NCBI GenBank assembly: GCA_002690325.1
Contig: NZED01000032.1
Coordinates: forward strand, 2,084 to 66,083
Origin: Synechococcus sp. ARS1019
GTDB taxonomy: Bacteria; Cyanobacteriota; Cyanobacteriia; PCC-6307; Cyanobiaceae
DNA: 64,000 bases
Direction: 5' to 3'
The notes under the pieces are model-generated. The model saw only the letters and a program-made list of their open reading frames with translations, did not search any database and was not told the DNA's origin. Each line of letters begins with the position of its first letter. The stretch's first letter is position 1. Both the position numbers and the translations under genes were made by a program. Shown piece by piece: positions 1 to 8,773 of the stretch.

Positions 1-53
1 AGGAACCCATGGCACTATTGGGCCAACAATTTCGCGGGGACCTCGCCCGGAGA

Positions 54-458
54 ATGATCAAGTCGTTCCTTGCTTCGCTCGTTCTTATCGCTGCAGCGTC
101 TCCGGCGGGCTTCGCCCAGAAGCCTCCGACTGGTAAGCCAGCTACTCCTGAAGAGATGTATTCCTACACCTTCATGAGTGCCATCACACTCTGCAAGGCA
201 CTTCAGCAGGAGATTCCCTTTGAGAAGGCACTCCCCGTGGGTGCAACGGCCTTCTACACAATCGTGTCTCAAAAACACGCTTACAAGGTGCCCGAGTCCA
301 AGGGCAAGGCAATCACCGATCAGCAGCTTCAAGGTGGTGTTCAGTTGATGACCATGGCTGCAGCGATGGAATTCTGTAAAGACAGCATTCCGAAAGACGC
401 TCAGGACCGTTTGAAAAAAGCTGCTGCAGCTGCCAAGCAAGGCGCTCCTAAGCCCTGA
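54..458 (+). CDS. Secreted conserved hypothetical protein (picocyanobacterial family often labelled 'cAMP phosphodiesterase')
   Basis: ORF 9..458. The in-frame ATG at 54 gives a signal peptide (MIKSFLASLVLIAAASPAGFA). Two Cys in the mature part. Confidence 0.7.
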   Translation: MIKSFLASLVLIAAASPAGFAQKPPTGKPATPEEMYSYTFMSAITLCKALQQEIPFEKALPVGATAFYTIVSQKHAYKVPESKGKAITDQQLQGGVQLMTMAAAMEFCKDSIPKDAQDRLKKAAAAAKQGAPKP

Positions 459-517
459 CTCTCGTTTGAGTGTTCAATCGGTCAGGATCAGATTGGATGA
501 CAGCTTGGCCCTGATCG

Positions 518-3133
518 ATGGATACAACAGGAAACGTTCGACTGCTCGACTACAAAGCGTGGCCTTTTGAGCTGCCCACAGTTGATCTGGACGTTCAGAT
601 CCATGAGGACCATGTCATTGTCACAAGCCATCTATGCCTAGAGCCGCACAGCACAGGCGAGGCTCTTGTTCTGTGCGGGGTTGATTTACAGCTGGAGTCA
701 ATCGCGATTGATCAACATCCATTGCGTGAAGATCAGTGGACTCTTGAGCAGTCAAGGCTGACCATTGCGCATCCTCCCGACCAGCCATTTGTTTTAACAA
801 CCAGCTGTCGACTTCAACCTGATCAGAACAGTTCCCTCGAGGGCTTGTACTCCAGCGAAGGGATGTTGACCACACAATGCGAAGCAGAGGGGTTTCGGCG
901 GATTGCATTTCATCCCGACCGGCCGGATGTTCTCAGTTGCTGGTCGGTGCGGATTGAGGCCGATCAATCGCGTTACCCGGTTCTGTTGAGCAACGGTAAC
1001 GGCGTGAGCGTTGAGGCCACAGAAACGGGCCTGGGTCGTCATGCGATGCAGTGGGTTGATCCATCACGGAAGCCGTCCTATTTGTTTGCTCTTGTGGCCG
1101 GAGATCTTGCGGAAATTCGGGATGAGTTCCGAACATCGTCAGGCCGAACTGTGGCATTAAGGCTCCACGTTGAACCTGGTGATGAACCCTTCACAGCCCA
1201 TGCCATGGCTTCATTGAAGCGATCAATGGAGTGGGATGAACGTGTTTATCAACTGGAGTATGATCTTGATGAATACAACATTGTTGCCGTGCGCCATTTC
1301 AATATGGGCGCCATGGAAAATAAAAGTCTAAATATTTTTAATTCGAAATTAGTTCTTGCAGATGCGCAAACTGCTACAGACGCTGAGCTTGAGCGTGTGG
1401 AAAGTGTGATCGCCCATGAATATTTTCACAATTGGACTGGCAATCGAATTACCTGTCGAGATTGGTTCCAGCTTTCCCTAAAAGAAGGTTTGACCGTTTT
1501 CCGGGATCAGAGTTTTACAGCAGATCTGCATTCAGCATCGGTGAAGCGGATTGAGGATGTTGCGATGTTGAGAAATACACAATTCCGAGAGGATGCAGGT
1601 CCAACGGCGCACCCAGTCAAGCCAAGTGAATATCAGGCTATTGATAATTTCTACACCACCACGATTTATGAAAAAGGTGCCGAAGTGATTCGGATGCTTC
1701 ACACCATGCTCGGCCACGAGCGTTTTATGCGGGGGATGGCTGAATATGTGCGGAAGTTTGATGGAACTGCGGCCACCACGGAAGACTTTGTTGAATCCAT
1801 AGCTGTAGGCGCTACCCAAGATGGAGAACCACTCGGATTCGACCTGGAGCAATTTCGGGTTTGGTATCACCAGGCTGGGACGCCTCAGCTCACCGTCGAT
1901 CAACGCTGGGATGCCGAGCGCGGTGAGATGGCCGTTTCGCTGCATCAGTCCACGCCAGCGACGCCAGGGCAACCCAACAAAAGTTCAGTCGTTTTGCCCG
2001 TATCGATGGCGTTGATTGGTCCAGAGGGACGGTTGTGTGATGAGCGTTTGGTGGTGTTGAACACGTCGAGTGAGTCAGTCACTCTGCAGGCTGCTCCGTC
2101 TTTAAAACCTCCAGCCTTATCTGTTTTGCGGGGATTTTCAGCGCCCGTGATCTTGCGTCAATCGAGGTCGCTCTCCGACACATTGCTGTTGCTTGCCGCA
2201 GACGACGATTCGTTTTCTCGATGGGATGCGGCACAGTCTTTGTACCGCGATGTGTTGCTTGCTCGTGCATCGAATCAGCCTGACTTAGACAAAGAGCAGG
2301 CTTTGATTGACGCACTTCGGCAGCGAATGGCGATGGTGGTCGAGGGGCAAGAGTCGGAACTCGCCACGCTTTTGAGCTTGCCAGGACTCGCGGAACTGGA
2401 GTCGTTGCAATCTCCTGTCGATCCCCCCGCTTTGTATCGGGCGCTTCAGGATCTTCGTGCGCTTTTGGGTGAATCCCTCCGGGGTCATCTGCTGGCGTTG
2501 CTCTCGTCTGCTCGGGGACATTGGAACGATCCGTGGCCATCTGGACAAGGCCATCGACAACTCACTGCTGTGGCATGGCAATGGCTTGCTGCTGCTGGAG
2601 ATCAGGAGATACGACAAGAGGCGCTTGCCGCTGTTTCTGGACCATCAATGACATTGGCTCGGGCGGCTCTCCGGGCTCTTCATCCTGTGTCTTGCTCCGA
2701 ACGCGACCTGGCTTCTCAACGCTTTGAACAACGTTGGCAAGACAAGCCGGTGATTCTGGATGCGTGGTTCTCTATGGAGGCCTCGATGTCGAGGCCTAAG
2801 GCTCTTGAGCATGTTCGTTCTTTGCTTGAACATCCACGTTTTGATCCATTAGCGCCAAATTCCCTGAGGGCTGTACTCGGTGGTTTCACAGCGAACACCC
2901 TTGCCTTCCATGCTGACGATGGCAGTGGTTATCAATTCATGGCGGAACAAATTTTGGACGTGGATTCGAGAAACCCAATCACTGCTTCTCGAATGGCAAA
3001 AGTGTTCAGTCGTTGGACTACCTACGCTGACGAACGCTCCCAAAAAATGCGCTCTGCCATTGATTTTCTTGCATCCCGTGGTGATCAGTTGTCCTCTAAT
3101 ACCCAAGAAGTTGTCACACTGCTTGTGTCCTGA
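518..3133 (+). CDS. pepN: Aminopeptidase N (M1 zinc peptidase)
   Basis: GAMEN exopeptidase motif, HEYFH-x18-E zinc motif, TQCEAEGFRRI; 871 aa. Confidence 0.97.
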   Translation: MDTTGNVRLLDYKAWPFELPTVDLDVQIHEDHVIVTSHLCLEPHSTGEALVLCGVDLQLESIAIDQHPLREDQWTLEQSRLTIAHPPDQPFVLTTSCRLQPDQNSSLEGLYSSEGMLTTQCEAEGFRRIAFHPDRPDVLSCWSVRIEADQSRYPVLLSNGNGVSVEATETGLGRHAMQWVDPSRKPSYLFALVAGDLAEIRDEFRTSSGRTVALRLHVEPGDEPFTAHAMASLKRSMEWDERVYQLEYDLDEYNIVAVRHFNMGAMENKSLNIFNSKLVLADAQTATDAELERVESVIAHEYFHNWTGNRITCRDWFQLSLKEGLTVFRDQSFTADLHSASVKRIEDVAMLRNTQFREDAGPTAHPVKPSEYQAIDNFYTTTIYEKGAEVIRMLHTMLGHERFMRGMAEYVRKFDGTAATTEDFVESIAVGATQDGEPLGFDLEQFRVWYHQAGTPQLTVDQRWDAERGEMAVSLHQSTPATPGQPNKSSVVLPVSMALIGPEGRLCDERLVVLNTSSESVTLQAAPSLKPPALSVLRGFSAPVILRQSRSLSDTLLLLAADDDSFSRWDAAQSLYRDVLLARASNQPDLDKEQALIDALRQRMAMVVEGQESELATLLSLPGLAELESLQSPVDPPALYRALQDLRALLGESLRGHLLALLSSARGHWNDPWPSGQGHRQLTAVAWQWLAAAGDQEIRQEALAAVSGPSMTLARAALRALHPVSCSERDLASQRFEQRWQDKPVILDAWFSMEASMSRPKALEHVRSLLEHPRFDPLAPNSLRAVLGGFTANTLAFHADDGSGYQFMAEQILDVDSRNPITASRMAKVFSRWTTYADERSQKMRSAIDFLASRGDQLSSNTQEVVTLLVS

Positions 3134-3221
3134 TCGACAAGTTTAGTTGATATATTTAGCGCTTTATTTGAATTGTTTGCGTCATTGACGTGCTAGTTTG
3201 TAATATCATTAATTCTGGGCT

Positions 3222-3233
3222 CTGATCGAATGG
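3222..3233 (+). repeat. Left copy of imperfect 12-bp direct repeat (CTGATCGAATGG) overlapping the glycosyltransferase start codon
   Basis: 11/12 identical to 7936-7947 (CTGATAGAATGG), read directly from the sequence. Confidence 0.5.
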
Positions 3234-6200
3234 GGTTAGCTCCTCTTCAGGTATACGTTGGCCCGGCTGCATTGTGTCCATGTCCTCGACTTGAAGAACC
3301 ATTGTTGGTGGTCTCAGGTGATCGGGACGAGTGGGCCATTGCTTTGATTAAGCAGCGATGTTGTTGGAGTGATCGACAACCAGACTCACTGGTGGTTCGC
3401 AATGGTGTGATTGCTAAATCTGGTGCGAAGAAAATATGGTATCAATTTAAGCAGCCATTCCTGAATGGTATTTTTGCAGAAGGTTTAATTAGTTGGTGTA
3501 ACCAAGCATGCGATATCTCCCTTGAGAGTCAATCTGTTGTCAAGGCAGATCGGCTTGATCAATTCATCAATCAATCCGGTTTCGCGGGGGCTGAGCAAAG
3601 GTCTGTTGCTTTGTCGCTCGCGCAAGGTGATCCTTTGCTGACGTTAAAGCGCTCACAGGTTTTGCTTGACCGTTGTGTACGCCTCGATCTTTCATTGCAT
3701 CCGCTAGGTCTGCTTTGGCAGCAATCGGTCAGTGAATTTCTTGTTCGTCAAGGATTTCGTCAGGTGTTCAGTGATTGCTTGTTATGGATCAAACCAGCGG
3801 CTTCGAATCAGTCCGTGGATGCTCCATGGTCAGAGTCCGGTGAAAGCACGGCTTTTCTTGATCCAAATCTTCAAGTTTTGCTGAAAGTCTTTCCGGTTCA
3901 GGCCTATCGCGACAAACATTCGGAGCTCAAAACCCTGAGTGATCTGCAGTTGTTTCGTCGGTTGGTCACTAATTGTGCAGATGTGCCGATCTCATTCTCT
4001 CGTCGTGAGCTTTTGAGGGAACAGATCATTCAAAATTTAAGGCCAGCTCGGGAGGTTATTAAGCGACCGAATGTTCGATCTGATGCCAGTGGGACTGCGT
4101 CCAGTCAACATGTCGCCACTAGTAATCCCAGGGAGAGTGATGGCCATTCTCGTCGATCGATTCGTGGCCACGTTGATGGTTTTCAAGGCAATTTGTCCCT
4201 GCGAGGATGGGTTGATGCATCGAGTTATGGAACTGAGGGATCCACGGTTCGTGTGTATTGGAAAGAGCGGGATGATCGATTGATTGGAGAGGGTGTTGCG
4301 TCTGAAGCGCGTCCCGACTTGATCCAAGCTGGCTTGACAGCTTTGAATTGTGGTTTTTCTGTTGACTTGTCCATCATTGAAGAATATTCAATGGCTGAAC
4401 TTCTCGATCTTCCTGTGACATTGAAGGTGGTTGAGAGTCAGAGCGGTAAATTGATTGGTGGAGATGAGTGGCCTATTACGGAAGCAATTAAGTCAACACT
4501 TCTTCCTGGTTTAGTTGCTAGTCAGATTGAGAATGGTCAAGAGATAGTCTTGCAAGACTATCTGATGTGTTCAGATCATCCAGATTTTTTGCTTGCTATT
4601 CGAAAGAGGTTGCTAGAGCAGTCGATTTTGAATTGTTATGCTGGGTGTTGGGATGATATGCCGGTCAAGTTAGTTGTTCTTGGATATCAAAATAATGCGG
4701 CTCTTGATTATGGAGTTAAATCAGAGTCTGCACGCAGAATTGAGCTTGTCTTCATTGCAATGCGTTATTTGTTAGCGGATATTGATGGTGATTCCATTCA
4801 CTCGATTAATGCAAGTGTGTTTGGGGTTGAATCGCCTCTATGTGAGGTGCAGGCGCTCGTTCAGCAGCTGAATGAGCGCTGTTTTTTGGGACTCCAGGGA
4901 TGGGAAAATAGGCTTTGGCAAACTTATTTACGCCCTTTATTTGATGTTTTAATTGGCACTGTTTTTCTGCAGGAGCGTCCTAAGCCGTTGTTGGAATCTC
5001 GCTCTTTGCTGGAGGCTTTGGCGAGGGTTGTTGATACTGTCTATGCCGATCTTCAATTGGCAACGTACTTACGATCAATTCTTGAAATTGACCGTTCCTA
5101 TGGATTGGACGACCGATCTGCAGCTTTGGCCTTTAAGTCTGGAGATTGCTTCACGTATCTGATGGCTTTGTATTCCAAAGCACGGGACCAGATTGACTTT
5201 GAATTTGATCTTCAATATTGCGCGTCTGTTGTTGGCTTTGTTGACAAGTCGCCTGCTTTGCTCACTGTTCTCCTTGGAAGGATGAGAGAGCTTTTGCCTC
5301 CGTTTTTGGCTGATCATCCACGCCAGTCTCGCCCTCGCCATTGGGTCGACAATCTTGGCTTTTTGGTGAATGCATCAACCCAGCATCTTGTCTTTTTGAT
5401 GCTGGAGGCAGGTATGCACCGCGACCGTGTGCGTTGTTTTCATCAAGCCATGATTGAGGTGAAGCGCATCACCGCCGAGACGCTTTGGCCTGATTCAAGA
5501 AAAGATCGAGATTTTAGGTGTCAACCAATGAGGCGCTGGCTGATCATCGGGGAGCCAGAATTAACGCAGTGTTGGATGTATCGTGTAGAGCAAAAGCTCT
5601 CTCAGTTGACATCACTTGGGGCTGAGGTTCGTTGCTTGAATCATCAACAGTTGAAAACTTGGTCGTTTTCTCATCATATTCAGTGGGCTGATGCAATCAT
5701 TGTTTGTCGCTTGGCTGCGACATATCCGGTTTACCGGGCAATGGCTTTCGCTCGTCATTGCGGCAAAAGAATCTTTTCGGAAATTGACGATCTGATTTTT
5801 ACAGCAGATTATCCATCTCCTTACGAGACTTATGGAGGCAGCATCTCCCAGCATCAATATAATAATCTCTCGATTGATTATCCTCTTCGCCAGGCTGTCC
5901 TTAATTATTCTGACGACGTTATTGTTTCAACTTCAGATCTTGCCGATATTTGTCGTACAAGTCTTTCTTTGGCTGAACATCATATCCATATTCTTCCTAA
6001 TTTGCCGCTTTCGTCTTTGGAGGATGTTGCGGTTAGCCAGGTGCTGCCGATACAAGCACCAGTTGAACATCGGATTGTTTTGTCCTCGGGAACACTCTCG
6101 CATAAGCAGATTTTTAATGAACTGATGATCCCGGTTCTGGGGAGAATTTTAAATCAATATCCTTCGGTAAAGTTGTCAATCATTGGTCACTTTGATTGTG

Positions 6201-7939
6201 CAAGTTTCTTTTCTTTGTATCAAGACCGTGTATCAATTATCCCCTTCTCTGAGTATCAAGACTATCTTCAGGTTCTGAATGAGTCTTCGATTGCGTTGGT
6301 TCCCTTGGAGGTTCATCCAACGACTCATGCGAAGAGTGCCATTAAGTGGATGGAAGCCAGTCTTTGTGGTGTGGTCTCGATTTGCTCCCCGGTTCGCGCG
6401 TATACCGACGTTGTCGTGGATGGATCCAATGGATTGATTGCACAGACGGCCGATCAATGGCTTAGGGCGATTCAACGTCTTCTGGACGACTCAACTCTCT
6501 ATGCCTCGTTAGCCAATCAGGCTTATTCCGATGCTCGTCGTTTGTTTTCTCCCACCGTTGCCCATGAGTTTTGGTCGCGCTGGTTGTCGTCTGATCAAGA
6601 CAGAACAACTCCGGCTCGCAGGAAAGAAAAAATTCTGGTGGTGAATGTCTTCTTTGCTCCGCAGAGTATTGGAGGTGCAACACGGGTTGCTCAAGATTAT
6701 GTCGATGACCTTCTCAATGATCCTGAGGTTGACTACGACATCACGGTGCTTTGTACGGATTATGACCATTGGCAGTCTGACCCGGTTGTTTTACAGGAAT
6801 CGCTTGCTCTTGAATCGTTTGATGCTCAGGCTTTGATCGAATCCAAGCAGAAACGATTTACCTCATCGGGTGCAACATGGGCCGATGTTGCAGCGCTTCG
6901 AGGTCGTTTGATTGATCAGAGTGCGGATTATAAAAGTGAGTTGGGTCTTGATATTTCCTTCTGGAGGGGGGTTCGTGTGGTTCGCCTGTGCCTACCTTCC
7001 AAGCCGTGGTCAAAACATGAGGACCCTCTGATTGAGGCCTTTTGTGAGGATTTCTTTTCGCAAGAGGGATTTGATCGGGTGCAATGCCATTGCTGCCAGT
7101 TACTGACAGCTTCTCCGCTGATTGTTGCCCGTCGTCAAGGCATTCCTTACGACATTGTTCTCCACGATGCTTGGTGGATGAGTCTGGAGCAATTCTTGGT
7201 CTCTCCCGCAGGGCGTCTTGTTGATCCAGCTGATCCCTTGGGGCACTTTGATCATCCACCTGCTGAGGAGGATCGTTTAAAAGCGCTCGAGCGTCGAGAT
7301 GTTCTGTATGGACTTCTACAAGCAGCTAATCATCGTTGGGCTGTTTCAGAAGCCTTCCAGGCCCTCTGTGTTGGAGCTGGACTTGCCGATGTTGAGGTGC
7401 GTGAGAATCGCGTTGCATCGATGGCTCAAGGGAAGTCGCTGGATCGGGGCGATGAGGAAGTCTTGACTCGGCCAGAGAAATGGCGGGTCTGCCATATCGG
7501 TGGAATGAGTTTGCACAAGGGTTATCAATTGTTGCGACGAGCTGTGCATGAACTGCCTCAAGGTTTGCCACTCACGTTCACCGTGATCGATCATCGCCTG
7601 GCTTCAAGTGTTGAAACCTATCCCTCCAACTGGAACGGTTATCCGGTCACGTTTCAGGCACCAGTGCCTATGGACTTGATGGCGAAATTTTATGCAGAGC
7701 AAGATGTTTTGATCGCCCCATCGATTTGGCCTGAAAGTTTTGGGTTGGTCACTCGAGAGGCTCTCAGTGCTGGGCTCTGGGTGATTGCTAGTGATGCAGG
7801 TGCTTTGGCAGCGCCGATACAGGCATCATCGATTCCAGTGGGAACTGTTGTGAGGCCGAATCATTTGCAAGATCTTATTGATGCTTTGGTTGATTTGCCC
7901 AATCATCTTTCTAAGCAGGTTTCTCAAACCCAATCCTGA
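3230..7939 (+). CDS. Large multidomain glycosyltransferase (degenerate FkbM-like N-terminus, Ig-like domain, two GT4/GT-B domains)
   Basis: C-terminal GT4: KILVVNVFFAPQSIGGA...LHDAWW...APSIWPESFGLVTREALSAG (E-x7-E). Upstream GT4-like domain: EIDDLIF...KSAIKWMEASLCG. G-H-V-D...GW...RPDL...GF motif common in polysaccharide GT N-termini. Confidence 0.88.
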   Translation: MGLAPLQVYVGPAALCPCPRLEEPLLVVSGDRDEWAIALIKQRCCWSDRQPDSLVVRNGVIAKSGAKKIWYQFKQPFLNGIFAEGLISWCNQACDISLESQSVVKADRLDQFINQSGFAGAEQRSVALSLAQGDPLLTLKRSQVLLDRCVRLDLSLHPLGLLWQQSVSEFLVRQGFRQVFSDCLLWIKPAASNQSVDAPWSESGESTAFLDPNLQVLLKVFPVQAYRDKHSELKTLSDLQLFRRLVTNCADVPISFSRRELLREQIIQNLRPAREVIKRPNVRSDASGTASSQHVATSNPRESDGHSRRSIRGHVDGFQGNLSLRGWVDASSYGTEGSTVRVYWKERDDRLIGEGVASEARPDLIQAGLTALNCGFSVDLSIIEEYSMAELLDLPVTLKVVESQSGKLIGGDEWPITEAIKSTLLPGLVASQIENGQEIVLQDYLMCSDHPDFLLAIRKRLLEQSILNCYAGCWDDMPVKLVVLGYQNNAALDYGVKSESARRIELVFIAMRYLLADIDGDSIHSINASVFGVESPLCEVQALVQQLNERCFLGLQGWENRLWQTYLRPLFDVLIGTVFLQERPKPLLESRSLLEALARVVDTVYADLQLATYLRSILEIDRSYGLDDRSAALAFKSGDCFTYLMALYSKARDQIDFEFDLQYCASVVGFVDKSPALLTVLLGRMRELLPPFLADHPRQSRPRHWVDNLGFLVNASTQHLVFLMLEAGMHRDRVRCFHQAMIEVKRITAETLWPDSRKDRDFRCQPMRRWLIIGEPELTQCWMYRVEQKLSQLTSLGAEVRCLNHQQLKTWSFSHHIQWADAIIVCRLAATYPVYRAMAFARHCGKRIFSEIDDLIFTADYPSPYETYGGSISQHQYNNLSIDYPLRQAVLNYSDDVIVSTSDLADICRTSLSLAEHHIHILPNLPLSSLEDVAVSQVLPIQAPVEHRIVLSSGTLSHKQIFNELMIPVLGRILNQYPSVKLSIIGHFDCASFFSLYQDRVSIIPFSEYQDYLQVLNESSIALVPLEVHPTTHAKSAIKWMEASLCGVVSICSPVRAYTDVVVDGSNGLIAQTADQWLRAIQRLLDDSTLYASLANQAYSDARRLFSPTVAHEFWSRWLSSDQDRTTPARRKEKILVVNVFFAPQSIGGATRVAQDYVDDLLNDPEVDYDITVLCTDYDHWQSDPVVLQESLALESFDAQALIESKQKRFTSSGATWADVAALRGRLIDQSADYKSELGLDISFWRGVRVVRLCLPSKPWSKHEDPLIEAFCEDFFSQEGFDRVQCHCCQLLTASPLIVARRQGIPYDIVLHDAWWMSLEQFLVSPAGRLVDPADPLGHFDHPPAEEDRLKALERRDVLYGLLQAANHRWAVSEAFQALCVGAGLADVEVRENRVASMAQGKSLDRGDEEVLTRPEKWRVCHIGGMSLHKGYQLLRRAVHELPQGLPLTFTVIDHRLASSVETYPSNWNGYPVTFQAPVPMDLMAKFYAEQDVLIAPSIWPESFGLVTREALSAGLWVIASDAGALAAPIQASSIPVGTVVRPNHLQDLIDALVDLPNHLSKQVSQTQS

Positions 7940-7947
7940 TAGAATGG
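7936..7947 (+). repeat. Right copy of imperfect 12-bp direct repeat (CTGATAGAATGG) overlapping the glycosyltransferase stop codon
   Basis: 11/12 identical to 3222-3233. Confidence 0.5.
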
Positions 7948-7951
7948 ATCT

Positions 7952-8746
7952 ATGAATTTGATAAACGATATGTCTGCCTCTTTATCCTTTCTTGTTTGTG
8001 GTCTTGAGCACAGTGGCACCACAATGGTCTCCGATTTATTTCGTGAGCATCCTGATGTTGATTCTGGCTTTGAATGTGGCGTTTTGCTCTGTGAGAAACC
8101 TAGGGATTTTCTTAGCTATGAGCCATTTTGCAATCATATGGTTGTTGGTTGGGGGATCGATCATCGTGACTTTGAAATGGCCTGCGATGCTTCAACATTC
8201 GAAGAGTTCTACTCTCGATTGTTTCTCTATTCATCCCTGATTAAGGAGAAGCAGGCCGGCAATATTTTTGACAAGACTCCCCGCTATATTACTGATTTAG
8301 GACGTGTTCAACAGCGTTGCGATCGGCCAATCATTGCTGTAATTAAGGATCCTCGCTCTTTGGCGCTGTCTGATTTTAAGAGGTCTAAATATTCTATCGA
8401 TCAGATTGATCAGTGGTACGAGGGCTGGATGGAGCCCAAAAAAGCTTATATGCGATCTGCTTATTTGGGTTATCAATATGCGTGGAGAAACGATAATTGC
8501 TTCGTTGTTCGTTTAGAGGATATCTGTTTTGATGCTAGAAATACAGTAGGTGCTCTTTATGACTTTGTTGGGATAGATTTTAAGTCGGAGTTTTTGAGCT
8601 TGAGGAGTAAGCGGTTTAATAACACCTCAGGCTCGTCGATCAGTGTTGGCGCATGTATGCAGTTCTTGGATGATCTTCCTGTCTTCATTCAGGAGCAAAT
8701 CCTTGAAGATTTCTCTGAATTTGATCGCTGGTTTTTCCCTTTTTAA
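7952..8746 (+). CDS. Sulfotransferase family protein (PAPS-dependent)
   Basis: 5'-PSB-like GLEHSGTTMVSDLFREHP, FDKTP, 3'-PB-like IKDPRSLALS, VRLEDI; 12 nt downstream of the GT gene. Confidence 0.85.
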   Translation: MNLINDMSASLSFLVCGLEHSGTTMVSDLFREHPDVDSGFECGVLLCEKPRDFLSYEPFCNHMVVGWGIDHRDFEMACDASTFEEFYSRLFLYSSLIKEKQAGNIFDKTPRYITDLGRVQQRCDRPIIAVIKDPRSLALSDFKRSKYSIDQIDQWYEGWMEPKKAYMRSAYLGYQYAWRNDNCFVVRLEDICFDARNTVGALYDFVGIDFKSEFLSLRSKRFNNTSGSSISVGACMQFLDDLPVFIQEQILEDFSEFDRWFFPF

Positions 8747-8773
8747 GTGCTCAGTGACCTGTTGGTTTTGGCG

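Noticed and set aside
3185-3213. TTGACG as the -35 of a sigma70 promoter for the GT gene
   Set aside because: The candidate -10 hexamers TAATAT and TATCAT are only 10 and 13 nt away, so the spacing is wrong.
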